Below, one piece after another: positions 47,272 through 55,510 of a DNA stretch of 64,000 nt. The position numbers were made by a program, and so were the translations under genes. The notes below the pieces were generated by a model. The model did not search any database. It was not told the origin of the DNA and worked only from the letters and a program-made list of their open reading frames with translations. Every line of letters begins with the position of its first letter. Within the stretch, counting starts at the first letter, position 1. The stretch comes from an uncultured virus (IMG/VR IMGVR_UViG_3300043419_000665) (lineage: Duplodnaviria > Heunggongvirae > Uroviricota > Caudoviricetes), in the IMG/VR virus record IMGVR_UViG_3300043419_000665, positions 1 to 64,000 of that record. One strand, 5' to 3'.

Positions 47272-50200
47272 TTAGACAGCATCAACAGTAGTTTGTTGCA
47301 AAGTTATACCTTTATAGACATTATATTCATATCCGTTTACCGTAAACACCTTTTCGGTATCAATAATAATCTTGTTAGTTCCAGTATAACTCTTGTAAAC
47401 TGTCTCTGGATTTACGCCATAATAACTACTTGAGGCCAAAACTAATACCCCGTCCCAAATAAAGGCTGAAGACTTCCAATAATCCCATTCAAGAGTAAGT
47501 GGGCTTGCATACTTCACAGCAAACCATGGGCGAATCTCTACCTGCTGGACCTCCTGAAGGTTTGTAGACTGGTAGTATGAAATAGTATTAAACGTAATAG
47601 GTCCATTAAGATTTATTGATCCAACTCTATTTTTAAAGTCTAAAATATTTGGAAAAGATATTCCCAAGAATCCCCACTCTTTTACTGTAATAACTGGCTC
47701 TTTTACAAGTTTGCCATTCCAATAAAAAGATATTCCATCTTCTAATCTTCCAGTTTTTGCATTAATTGCATAGATCTTTGCTCTTTCTCCACTTGGGTGA
47801 ATTGCAACCATATAAAACTTTATGTGAGTATTCCTTGATTGTATCTCAAATATTTCTGTTGATCCATATGGAAATGCATCTTGGTCATATCTTATGGCTG
47901 TTTGTAAGGCTATAACTTTGTAGTTTTCTGCCATTGTTTTATTTATTGGAATAGAAAGACCACGGTTAATTAGTGGGTCATAAACACCCTTTAACTCTAT
48001 CCCAGTATATCTTGTTAGATATAGGTATGGAGAACTACCCTTATAAATCGTAAAAGGATTTCTTTCTTTATAATCATAATAGAAACCAGATTTTTTATAT
48101 GGATATATCTCATTGCCAAACCTTGTTCCAATAGGGTTTGGAGATGTTGCGTTAAATGCTTGAGATGCGTACTCAAGGTTTCTAACCTTAATTCTATTTT
48201 TCAATATTCCCTTGACATTAAAATCTAAGTGTGTGACTATTGCAAGGTCCAGAGTTCTTGCATTTGATGGTGGGTAAATAATCATGTTATTAACTACTTC
48301 ATATTTTGTGTTAATCCAGTTTTCTCCTGGGACAACAAAAGAATCGTTTGATGGTTTTTCACTATTAACAAAATTTGACTCTGGCAGATTTGTTCCATTT
48401 TCAATATATTGAAAAGTAATATATGATTTTACCAAAGCATTTGACGTATCATACTTATAATTTTTGTAGGCTCTATTTTTTAAATCATCATAATTTAAAT
48501 ATCCAGTAAATAACTGATTATCTAATGATGAGTATGTTCTCTGAGTTGGCACATTGTATTGGTCATACAATTGTTCATATGTCCAAGAACCAGTTTGCTC
48601 TTCTTCAACAAAGACTGATGGGGCTGGGTAATTTATATTAAACTGAATTAGGTCTAAATCATATACATCTTTGCCTTTTTCATCTTTAATGTATTGGGCA
48701 AAATATGTAAGAGGAATGTAGTCTTCCCAATAACCTTGAATGTCAATGTCTAAAGTGTAGTTGTCAAAATATGAAGATGGTGATAAAGTATAACTTGCTG
48801 TATGTCCTTGGAAACTTTCTACTGGATAAGAATTTACACTGCCTGAGTCAACAATTTCGTCCCACTCTGCAGGATTTGTTCCAAAATAATTATCTGTTGA
48901 GTTGTATTCTACATCAATTGTGTCTGCATATAAATCAAAAACATTTTCATCGCCTACAGGGATTCCTTTTTCATTAAACAGGTACTCAATTTTTTTGTGA
49001 TTTCTTGCCGTACAAAAACCAACCTTATAAATTTTTCCAGAGAATGTTTCTGTAAGATTTGATTTTCCACCTATATAGAACTTAAGGGTGTTTACATTTC
49101 CAAAGAATGATGCAACATTTCCTCCAAAGTATTTAGAAACTTTATCTATATCTATTCCTACAGAAAACATCTCATTTACAGTAATTCCAGCAAGCGTATT
49201 TTCGTTAGACCATGAAAATTTTGCAAGTGTTATTGGCTCAGTTGATCCAGACTTTAAGATATAAACTACATCGTTACTAAGCGTAGATATTTCAAAGTAA
49301 TCTGAAGAGTTCTGAGACTCTATTCTGAAAAGTATTTGCTTGGTTGTAGGCTCTTGTAAAAACTTAAACGATCCATAAAAGGATCTAATCTTTTGATTTA
49401 AAAAATTTAAATTATCAAAATACATGTAACCGTTTTGTGCTGGGTTAAAAGAAAAAAACTTTTCAGTTTCATTTTGCATTGTTCCTAATTGAGAATATAA
49501 ACTATGAATATCAGAAGATGCTAGTACTATTTCTGGCAAAGAGTATTCTGGTGTACAAAGCATGTTATTTTCTACGGCAAGGTTATCAATTACTGCCTGA
49601 CTCCACTTTCCAATATTTGGATAAGAGTAATTGTTTGTATAATCTGCAAATGGATAATCTATATAAACTGATGATCCACTATATGCTTGATTAATTCCCT
49701 CTGGAAATTCAACTCCTTGTCCATATATAAATCTTTTCTTTGCTAATACTAGTGGTACTTGATAAGTATAAATTGCAACGCAGTCAAGTTCTACTGGAGA
49801 CACATCTTCGTATGCATAAAACCCAATCCAGTCTTGATCTTTTCCAAGTGAATTAAGTTTTGATGGTAGTTGTAATTCTGAAGTTATATAGTTAAGAGAT
49901 ATAACTTCTTCGCCATTTATAAGCATAGATGCATAGTTTTCTGAAATACGAACATGCATTAACATTGGCCTTGTCCATTCACCAACATAATAAGAACCAG
50001 AAATATTTCCAATCTTTAAAGTAAGGAATGGCCCATCAACATAAATACCATCATCAGAACCTATTGGACCAATAATTCTTTTAATAGTAGACGAGTCAGA
50101 GTTGATTCTAAGCCAAGCCTCTAACGTGTACTCTTTGTATTGACCACCTTCAGATAAAAACCCTAGCCCTGGAATGATTAAAGAGGGGTCTCCGTTGTTT

Positions 50201-50982
50201 GGCAAAAGTTTTGTAAGATTTGATGCCCCGTATACAATTGGAATTCCAGTGTTCTTTGCCATAAGGCTGTTGTCTTTGACTAAGTAATATCCTTTGTTGT
50301 CTTGTAGACCATAAGCGTTTGCCTCAATTCCAAAATATGGACTTAATGCTATGTCTGATGGTATTGATATTTTTTGAACACCTAAAGATGATGAATTAAA
50401 TTCTTCACACCACTGACCAGCGGTGATTCCATTAACAAGAAATTGATAATCATCTACAGTTGATGCTCCGCCAATATAGTTGATCTTTAATACAATTCTA
50501 AATTCTGTATTATCTTCTGGGATGTCAAATGTCTCAGAGATAAAAAACCATTTATCTTTAACAGATGTTGTGTATGACTTAAGTCTTTGAATTGTACTTC
50601 CAGATGTTGTGTCATAGTACTCATAGCCAATTTCAAAACTAGAAGCATAGGCGCTTATTGAATTAAAAAATGCACCAATTGAGAATGTGGACAGGTTGTC
50701 ATTTAGAGATGAAAAGTTAACTATATTGTTGCTTATGCAAACAATTTGTCCAAAGTCATTTTCTGTAAGAGTTCCTGTAATTTTTACTGTTTGACTACCA
50801 ATAAAAGGCTCGTCAGTCGTAATGTGGTTCACTGCCGTTCCATTGCTTATTGTCCAAGAAGTTACATTTCTGTCAGCCTCATCAACTAAACTAATGTAAT
50901 CTGCAACGTCATCTAATGCCCAAAGAGCGATGGGATGTTCTGCATATATTTTTTCTGCATAGAGGTTGGATGAACTAGACAT
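47272..50982 (-). CDS. Large probable virion protein with LamG/ConA-like domains (1236 aa)
   Basis: YAEKIYAEHPIALWALDD; YTLEAWLRI..MLINGEEV..WIGF..LDCVAIY. Confidence 0.55.
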   Translation of the reverse strand: MSSSSNLYAEKIYAEHPIALWALDDVADYISLVDEADRNVTSWTISNGTAVNHITTDEPFIGSQTVKITGTLTENDFGQIVCISNNIVNFSSLNDNLSTFSIGAFFNSISAYASSFEIGYEYYDTTSGSTIQRLKSYTTSVKDKWFFISETFDIPEDNTEFRIVLKINYIGGASTVDDYQFLVNGITAGQWCEEFNSSSLGVQKISIPSDIALSPYFGIEANAYGLQDNKGYYLVKDNSLMAKNTGIPIVYGASNLTKLLPNNGDPSLIIPGLGFLSEGGQYKEYTLEAWLRINSDSSTIKRIIGPIGSDDGIYVDGPFLTLKIGNISGSYYVGEWTRPMLMHVRISENYASMLINGEEVISLNYITSELQLPSKLNSLGKDQDWIGFYAYEDVSPVELDCVAIYTYQVPLVLAKKRFIYGQGVEFPEGINQAYSGSSVYIDYPFADYTNNYSYPNIGKWSQAVIDNLAVENNMLCTPEYSLPEIVLASSDIHSLYSQLGTMQNETEKFFSFNPAQNGYMYFDNLNFLNQKIRSFYGSFKFLQEPTTKQILFRIESQNSSDYFEISTLSNDVVYILKSGSTEPITLAKFSWSNENTLAGITVNEMFSVGIDIDKVSKYFGGNVASFFGNVNTLKFYIGGKSNLTETFSGKIYKVGFCTARNHKKIEYLFNEKGIPVGDENVFDLYADTIDVEYNSTDNYFGTNPAEWDEIVDSGSVNSYPVESFQGHTASYTLSPSSYFDNYTLDIDIQGYWEDYIPLTYFAQYIKDEKGKDVYDLDLIQFNINYPAPSVFVEEEQTGSWTYEQLYDQYNVPTQRTYSSLDNQLFTGYLNYDDLKNRAYKNYKYDTSNALVKSYITFQYIENGTNLPESNFVNSEKPSNDSFVVPGENWINTKYEVVNNMIIYPPSNARTLDLAIVTHLDFNVKGILKNRIKVRNLEYASQAFNATSPNPIGTRFGNEIYPYKKSGFYYDYKERNPFTIYKGSSPYLYLTRYTGIELKGVYDPLINRGLSIPINKTMAENYKVIALQTAIRYDQDAFPYGSTEIFEIQSRNTHIKFYMVAIHPSGERAKIYAINAKTGRLEDGISFYWNGKLVKEPVITVKEWGFLGISFPNILDFKNRVGSINLNGPITFNTISYYQSTNLQEVQQVEIRPWFAVKYASPLTLEWDYWKSSAFIWDGVLVLASSSYYGVNPETVYKSYTGTNKIIIDTEKVFTVNGYEYNVYKGITLQQTTVDAV

Positions 50983-51007
50983 TATAAGTCTATTTTACCA
51001 CAGAAGG

Positions 51008-53041
51008 CTACTTGTTTATTTTAATTTCACAATAGTCTGTAGTGCAGTACATCTCTCCCTGAGCCTCAAGGTTTTCTGCTCCATCATAGATAGCAGAAAA
51101 ATCAATGTGCTTCAATTTGCCGATATATGACTCGTATTGCTCTTCAGTAATCTGGGTGTATGGCTGTTGTGGATATGTGTGATTTCCCATTGGCAGGAAT
51201 GAAACTGCCTTTAATTGTCCCTCGTACATATGCAGTGCTGGAACAACATGCTTTGACTCTGTTTCCTTATCAAATGAAAGCGTTACAGAAACTCCATTAT
51301 CAGACCAGTACTTCTGAGCAGTTGCAGCAAGTGCAATCTTTTCAAATAACGTAACATCCTTTTCAGATCGTGGATGACCTGACTTGATTGGGAAGTATAC
51401 AACTGATGTGTTTGCTGATACAACGTCGTCTTCTATTGTGTACCCCGCTGCTTTGAACAAGTGCATCATTGGATCTGTGTTTCCAAATCGAACTGCACGA
51501 AGGAAGAAGTTTCCTCCAGGTCCCCAGTGAACTCCAGGAGTTGCACCAGAAAGAATTGAAACTGATCCTGATGGCTTAACTGTTGTTACACGAATTGACT
51601 CACGAACACATAGCCACTCTGAATACTGGTGGTCATAGTGACGAATCTTATTGTATCCTTCATCCATCCATTCACGAACAACTGGCAAACCCTTCTGATC
51701 TGCAAATGATGCAATACCAGTGAGTGATGTACCAATACGACGATTGCGTTGCATGATACCGTTTGTTTGTGGCCAGTGTGTTGGAACAAGCGTTACAGTC
51801 TTTCCATAAAGGTATGCAAACTTCAGGGTACGCAGGAAGTCTTCCTTAGATTCATGACGATTTAAGTGCACTTCTACAAGTGTACACAGTTCGTATGATT
51901 CTAATGGCTGCTCCGCACATGGGTTGAATCCCATCACACGATAATCCTTACCGTCTGGCGCATCCTTTAGTCGTCCATAATTACGAGCAACATCAAGCCA
52001 GATAAAACCTGGTTCTCCGTTTTCCGTAATTAAATCTACATAGTCTTCATAATTTGTTCCTACTTCTGCTGAAATAGAATTGTTAGACATCCAAGCCCAA
52101 CCTGGAGTCTCTGGATCAAATGAGTTACGCTCTGGGAACATCTCTGAGTTCTTTAGATTCATAAATGTTTCATCCCCTGCATTACCCAAAGCAAGAGTTG
52201 CTGATCGTCTTACGTTTCCTGATACCACACAGGTACCAATAAGATTTACAAGGTCTACGATAGCACGAGAGTCTAGGGTTTCTCCGCCTCTGGAGCCGAT
52301 TACACGGTCTATCTGGTCGTGCAACTTGATAAGAGGTGCAGGTCCTGATGCAACGCCTCCAAAGCCCTTGATAGGGGCTCCTAGGGGTCTGATCAAATCG
52401 TAGTTAAACTTCTGAATACTCTGGTTTGCTCTTAAGTAAGAGTTGATGAGAAGGCGTACTGATTCTACCCAGCCTTCACGAGTGTCTGGAATTTCGAACA
52501 CCTGTTCTGGCTCTGTTGGGGTATAGATTGAGAAATTCTTATCCTGTCCCACTGTGTCAAACCCTACACCAATGCCAAGCATCAATGCATCCATAACCCA
52601 AGCAAATAATGCTCCTGGATCATTCTTATCAAGGTCCTTGGTTGAAACCATGGCACAGTTTTGTAGTGCTGCTGAGTTCTTTTTCTCCATAGTCATAGGA
52701 GTTCCAAATGCCCACATGCCACGACCTGGTGGTGTCCACTTTAATTCAAACATTCTTTGGAATGCTTCTTGTGCTGACTTCTGAGCCTTATAGTCATTCC
52801 ATGGCAAACGGTTTTCTTTAGCATGATTCTTCTGAACTGAATACATACCCTCGATTACACGGCGACAAACTTCATTCCATCTTTCTTTAGTTCCATCTTC
52901 CTTCATACGAGAATATGTACGAATAAAAGTAATTTCTCCAAGTGAATTTTCTGCTGCATCCTTGAATCCAAATGGGCTTTCTACATTTTTGTACTTTTCT
53001 ACAAAATCTTCTGGAAGTTTAAAACTAAAAAAATCTGACAT
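51008..53041 (-). CDS. nrdJ: Class II (adenosylcobalamin-dependent) ribonucleotide reductase, RTPR type
   Basis: PPGRG, QNC, GNVRRSA, FNPCAEQPL, TTVKPSGSVS, C-terminal CTTDYC; no beta-subunit gene nearby. Confidence 0.93.
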   Translation of the reverse strand: MSDFFSFKLPEDFVEKYKNVESPFGFKDAAENSLGEITFIRTYSRMKEDGTKERWNEVCRRVIEGMYSVQKNHAKENRLPWNDYKAQKSAQEAFQRMFELKWTPPGRGMWAFGTPMTMEKKNSAALQNCAMVSTKDLDKNDPGALFAWVMDALMLGIGVGFDTVGQDKNFSIYTPTEPEQVFEIPDTREGWVESVRLLINSYLRANQSIQKFNYDLIRPLGAPIKGFGGVASGPAPLIKLHDQIDRVIGSRGGETLDSRAIVDLVNLIGTCVVSGNVRRSATLALGNAGDETFMNLKNSEMFPERNSFDPETPGWAWMSNNSISAEVGTNYEDYVDLITENGEPGFIWLDVARNYGRLKDAPDGKDYRVMGFNPCAEQPLESYELCTLVEVHLNRHESKEDFLRTLKFAYLYGKTVTLVPTHWPQTNGIMQRNRRIGTSLTGIASFADQKGLPVVREWMDEGYNKIRHYDHQYSEWLCVRESIRVTTVKPSGSVSILSGATPGVHWGPGGNFFLRAVRFGNTDPMMHLFKAAGYTIEDDVVSANTSVVYFPIKSGHPRSEKDVTLFEKIALAATAQKYWSDNGVSVTLSFDKETESKHVVPALHMYEGQLKAVSFLPMGNHTYPQQPYTQITEEQYESYIGKLKHIDFSAIYDGAENLEAQGEMYCTTDYCEIKINK

Positions 53042-53130
53042 GTGTTTCGTCCTTTCTAAAACGGAATAGTGTTAAGTATAGCAGAGTTTTTAAAAAAGCA
53101 AAACTCTCTATCTTTTGTAAAAGGTTAGTT

Positions 53131-53844
53131 TTACTTGTATGTTTTCTTTTGCCAAAACTTAAGCCTATATCCATGCTGAAAACTAGACCTAACTTTTATT
53201 CTTTGCTCTTCTATTTTCTTTAAATCAAAACTTTTGTCTACTTCCATTTCCCATTCTTCTCTCTTAAAAGGAAAAATTTGAGACATTGGAGTTCCTTGCT
53301 TTATGGTTCCCTTAAAATTTTTCTTTACCAAGAAAGAAAGATGACCATCAGTAAAATAAGTATCTGTATCGACTACTGCGTCAATTGCTTTTAGTGGTGA
53401 TACATTTTGGTGCATAGGACTTGTAAATAAAGTGCTATATCCTTCTTCAGTTTGAACCATCCATGTTGGATGTATTCTTAATATTTTATCACAATAAATT
53501 TCTCTATCAATTGGAAGATGTGAAACTTGCTCTATTCCGTGTTCGCTTATTAGTGCTGCCTGATATTTATTCATATGTGCAGGTAATTGAAGTTTAAAAT
53601 CTCCGTCAGTTGTATCTATATATATATCTACTGGAACTTTTAAAATATAACCCATTGACATGGCATCAAAGAATGCTTGACATTTTTTTACAGTGAGTTT
53701 TAGTTGTCCTTTTTCAGGTGTGTCTTCTCCTACAACTCCTGGCTGTTCTTTGTACCATGCAGGAATATTTTTTGTTCCTGGCTCTGGCAGTGGTGCTACA
53801 TTTGCTAAAGGAGGATACATCTGTAAAAATTTAATGATATTCAT
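53131..53844 (-). CDS. Hypothetical beta-rich phage protein
   Basis: IPAWYK..KKCQAFFDAMSMGYIL..VVDTD.Y..IKQGTP.QIFPFKRE; own TGATACAAT at 53866-53874. Confidence 0.6.
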   Translation of the reverse strand: MNIIKFLQMYPPLANVAPLPEPGTKNIPAWYKEQPGVVGEDTPEKGQLKLTVKKCQAFFDAMSMGYILKVPVDIYIDTTDGDFKLQLPAHMNKYQAALISEHGIEQVSHLPIDREIYCDKILRIHPTWMVQTEEGYSTLFTSPMHQNVSPLKAIDAVVDTDTYFTDGHLSFLVKKNFKGTIKQGTPMSQIFPFKREEWEMEVDKSFDLKKIEEQRIKVRSSFQHGYRLKFWQKKTYK

Positions 53845-53926
53845 ATAAGCCTTTCTTTAGTTATAATTGTATCACACTAAAATATTTATTATTTTTTAAT
53901 ATTTTAGTATATCTAGAATTTAATTA

Positions 53927-55480
53927 TTAGAAATTAGTTTCTATTTGATAACCATCATAAACTAGGAAGCGGTCTGTATAAAACATATCATAAGGCTCAC
54001 AGTTAATTGAAATAACTTCGTGAGGAGTGTATGATATTATCAACTCAGTGATAGGAACCCAAGAATTCGTGTCTGCAGACCATAGTTCGTCTGTCTCCAA
54101 AAGATCTTCAGAGGCAATCATGCTAGAAACATTATCTCTTTTTGCAAGCATATAGTGAGTTCCTGAGTAATATTCGCCATTTATTCCAACAGAAACCTGT
54201 GCTGTTGATGTTCCTATTGCAACGATTGTTGTCTCTTTGTCAGGAATAGCAACAACATTTGTTGGAGTTTCTGTCCATGACTGAACATCTTGAACTGTAA
54301 AGTTTGATCCTAGTCCAGGGATTTCTGTAGAAACAAGAACATCTCCGACCTTAAGATTTTTTGCTTGAGTAAGCCCATCTACAGTCAAAACTAATGTGTC
54401 TATGTTTACAGAGAAGTCAAAACTTCCTCCTGGAGAAAATCCGAATGCAGGAACAAATCCAAATGCTCCGAATGCACCGAATGCTCCGAATGCACCGAAT
54501 GGTGCAAAACCAAATGCTCCGAATGCACCGAATGCTCCGAATGCACCGAATGGTGCAAAACCAAATGCTCCGAATGCTCCGAATGCTCCGAATGGTGCGA
54601 ATGAGAACACTGTTGTAACATTTCCTGATGCACCTGATGTTCCAGAACTTCCGTTTGCATTGTCTGCACGAACTGTGTATGTCTGTGAACTTCCCTGTTC
54701 TTGAGATACGTTTACAGATGTTGACCCTGTATTTCCAGACTTACCGTCAGATGCTGCCCAGAAATAATTGGTGATAGCCTTACCGCCATTATTTGGTGCT
54801 GACCATGAGACAGAGTCAGTTCCTGCTGATGGTGATGATGCGGAAGGTGCACCTGGAGTTGCAGGTACTGTAGTTGCAGTAATAGCATTTGAAGCAGCAG
54901 ATGTTGCTGAGTTTCCATTAGCATTAGTTGCTACTACTGTAAAAGTATAAGATGTTCCTGATTGAAGTCCTTGTACTGTAATTGGAAAACCATCAGTTCC
55001 AGTATAGCCACCAGAAGATGCTGTAGCAGTATAAACACTTACTGCTTTACCACCTGTAGCCCCTGCAGTATAACTAACTGTTGCTGCGCCGTTATTAAAT
55101 GACCTACCTGTTCCAACATCTGTAGCAGTTACGCCAACTGGTGTTTGAGGAACAGTAGTAACTGTTACAGAATTAGATCCAGCAGATGTTGGGCCAACTC
55201 CTGAAGCGTTTGTTCCTGTTACTGTAAATGTTGGAGTTGCTCCTGAAGAAATTCCAGTTACAACAATTGGAGATGATGATCCTGTTGCTGATTGTCCAGT
55301 GCTTGCTGTTACAGTAAATGATGTTGCAGCGTTTGGACCTGTAGGAGTAAATGTCACTGATACAGCACCATTGTTAAATGGTCTTGCTGTTCCAACATCT
55401 GTTGCTGTACCTATTGTTGGTGCGTATGGAGTTAGGAAGTCATTTGCTCCCTGACTCATTCTACCTGCTTGCTTTGACAT
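53927..55480 (-). CDS. Fibronectin-III repeat virion protein with Gly-Ala-Phe repeat and C-terminal Hint domain
   Basis: Three Fn3 repeats (SYTFTVVATNANG, VSWSAPNNGG); (FGA)n repeat; Hint blocks SVNIDTLVLTVDG..LKVGD, SGTHYML, VISINCEPYDMFYTDRFLVYD. Confidence 0.8.
   Translation of the reverse strand: MSKQAGRMSQGANDFLTPYAPTIGTATDVGTARPFNNGAVSVTFTPTGPNAATSFTVTASTGQSATGSSSPIVVTGISSGATPTFTVTGTNASGVGPTSAGSNSVTVTTVPQTPVGVTATDVGTGRSFNNGAATVSYTAGATGGKAVSVYTATASSGGYTGTDGFPITVQGLQSGTSYTFTVVATNANGNSATSAASNAITATTVPATPGAPSASSPSAGTDSVSWSAPNNGGKAITNYFWAASDGKSGNTGSTSVNVSQEQGSSQTYTVRADNANGSSGTSGASGNVTTVFSFAPFGAFGAFGAFGFAPFGAFGAFGAFGAFGFAPFGAFGAFGAFGAFGFVPAFGFSPGGSFDFSVNIDTLVLTVDGLTQAKNLKVGDVLVSTEIPGLGSNFTVQDVQSWTETPTNVVAIPDKETTIVAIGTSTAQVSVGINGEYYSGTHYMLAKRDNVSSMIASEDLLETDELWSADTNSWVPITELIISYTPHEVISINCEPYDMFYTDRFLVYDGYQIETNF
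54430..54605. repeat. 9-bp tandem repeat nested in a 51-bp unit, coding (FGA)n-FGFAP
   Basis: tgc(t/a)ccgaa units interrupted by tggtgcaaaaccaaa. Confidence 0.9.
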
Positions 55481-55510
55481 ATTTAATCTCCCTTGTTTCT
55501 TTAATTTTTA

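Noticed and set aside
54430..54605. Tandem repeats here and at 42473-42580 as a CRISPR array or origin iterons
   Set aside because: In-frame coding repeats with unit lengths divisible by three and no unique spacers.
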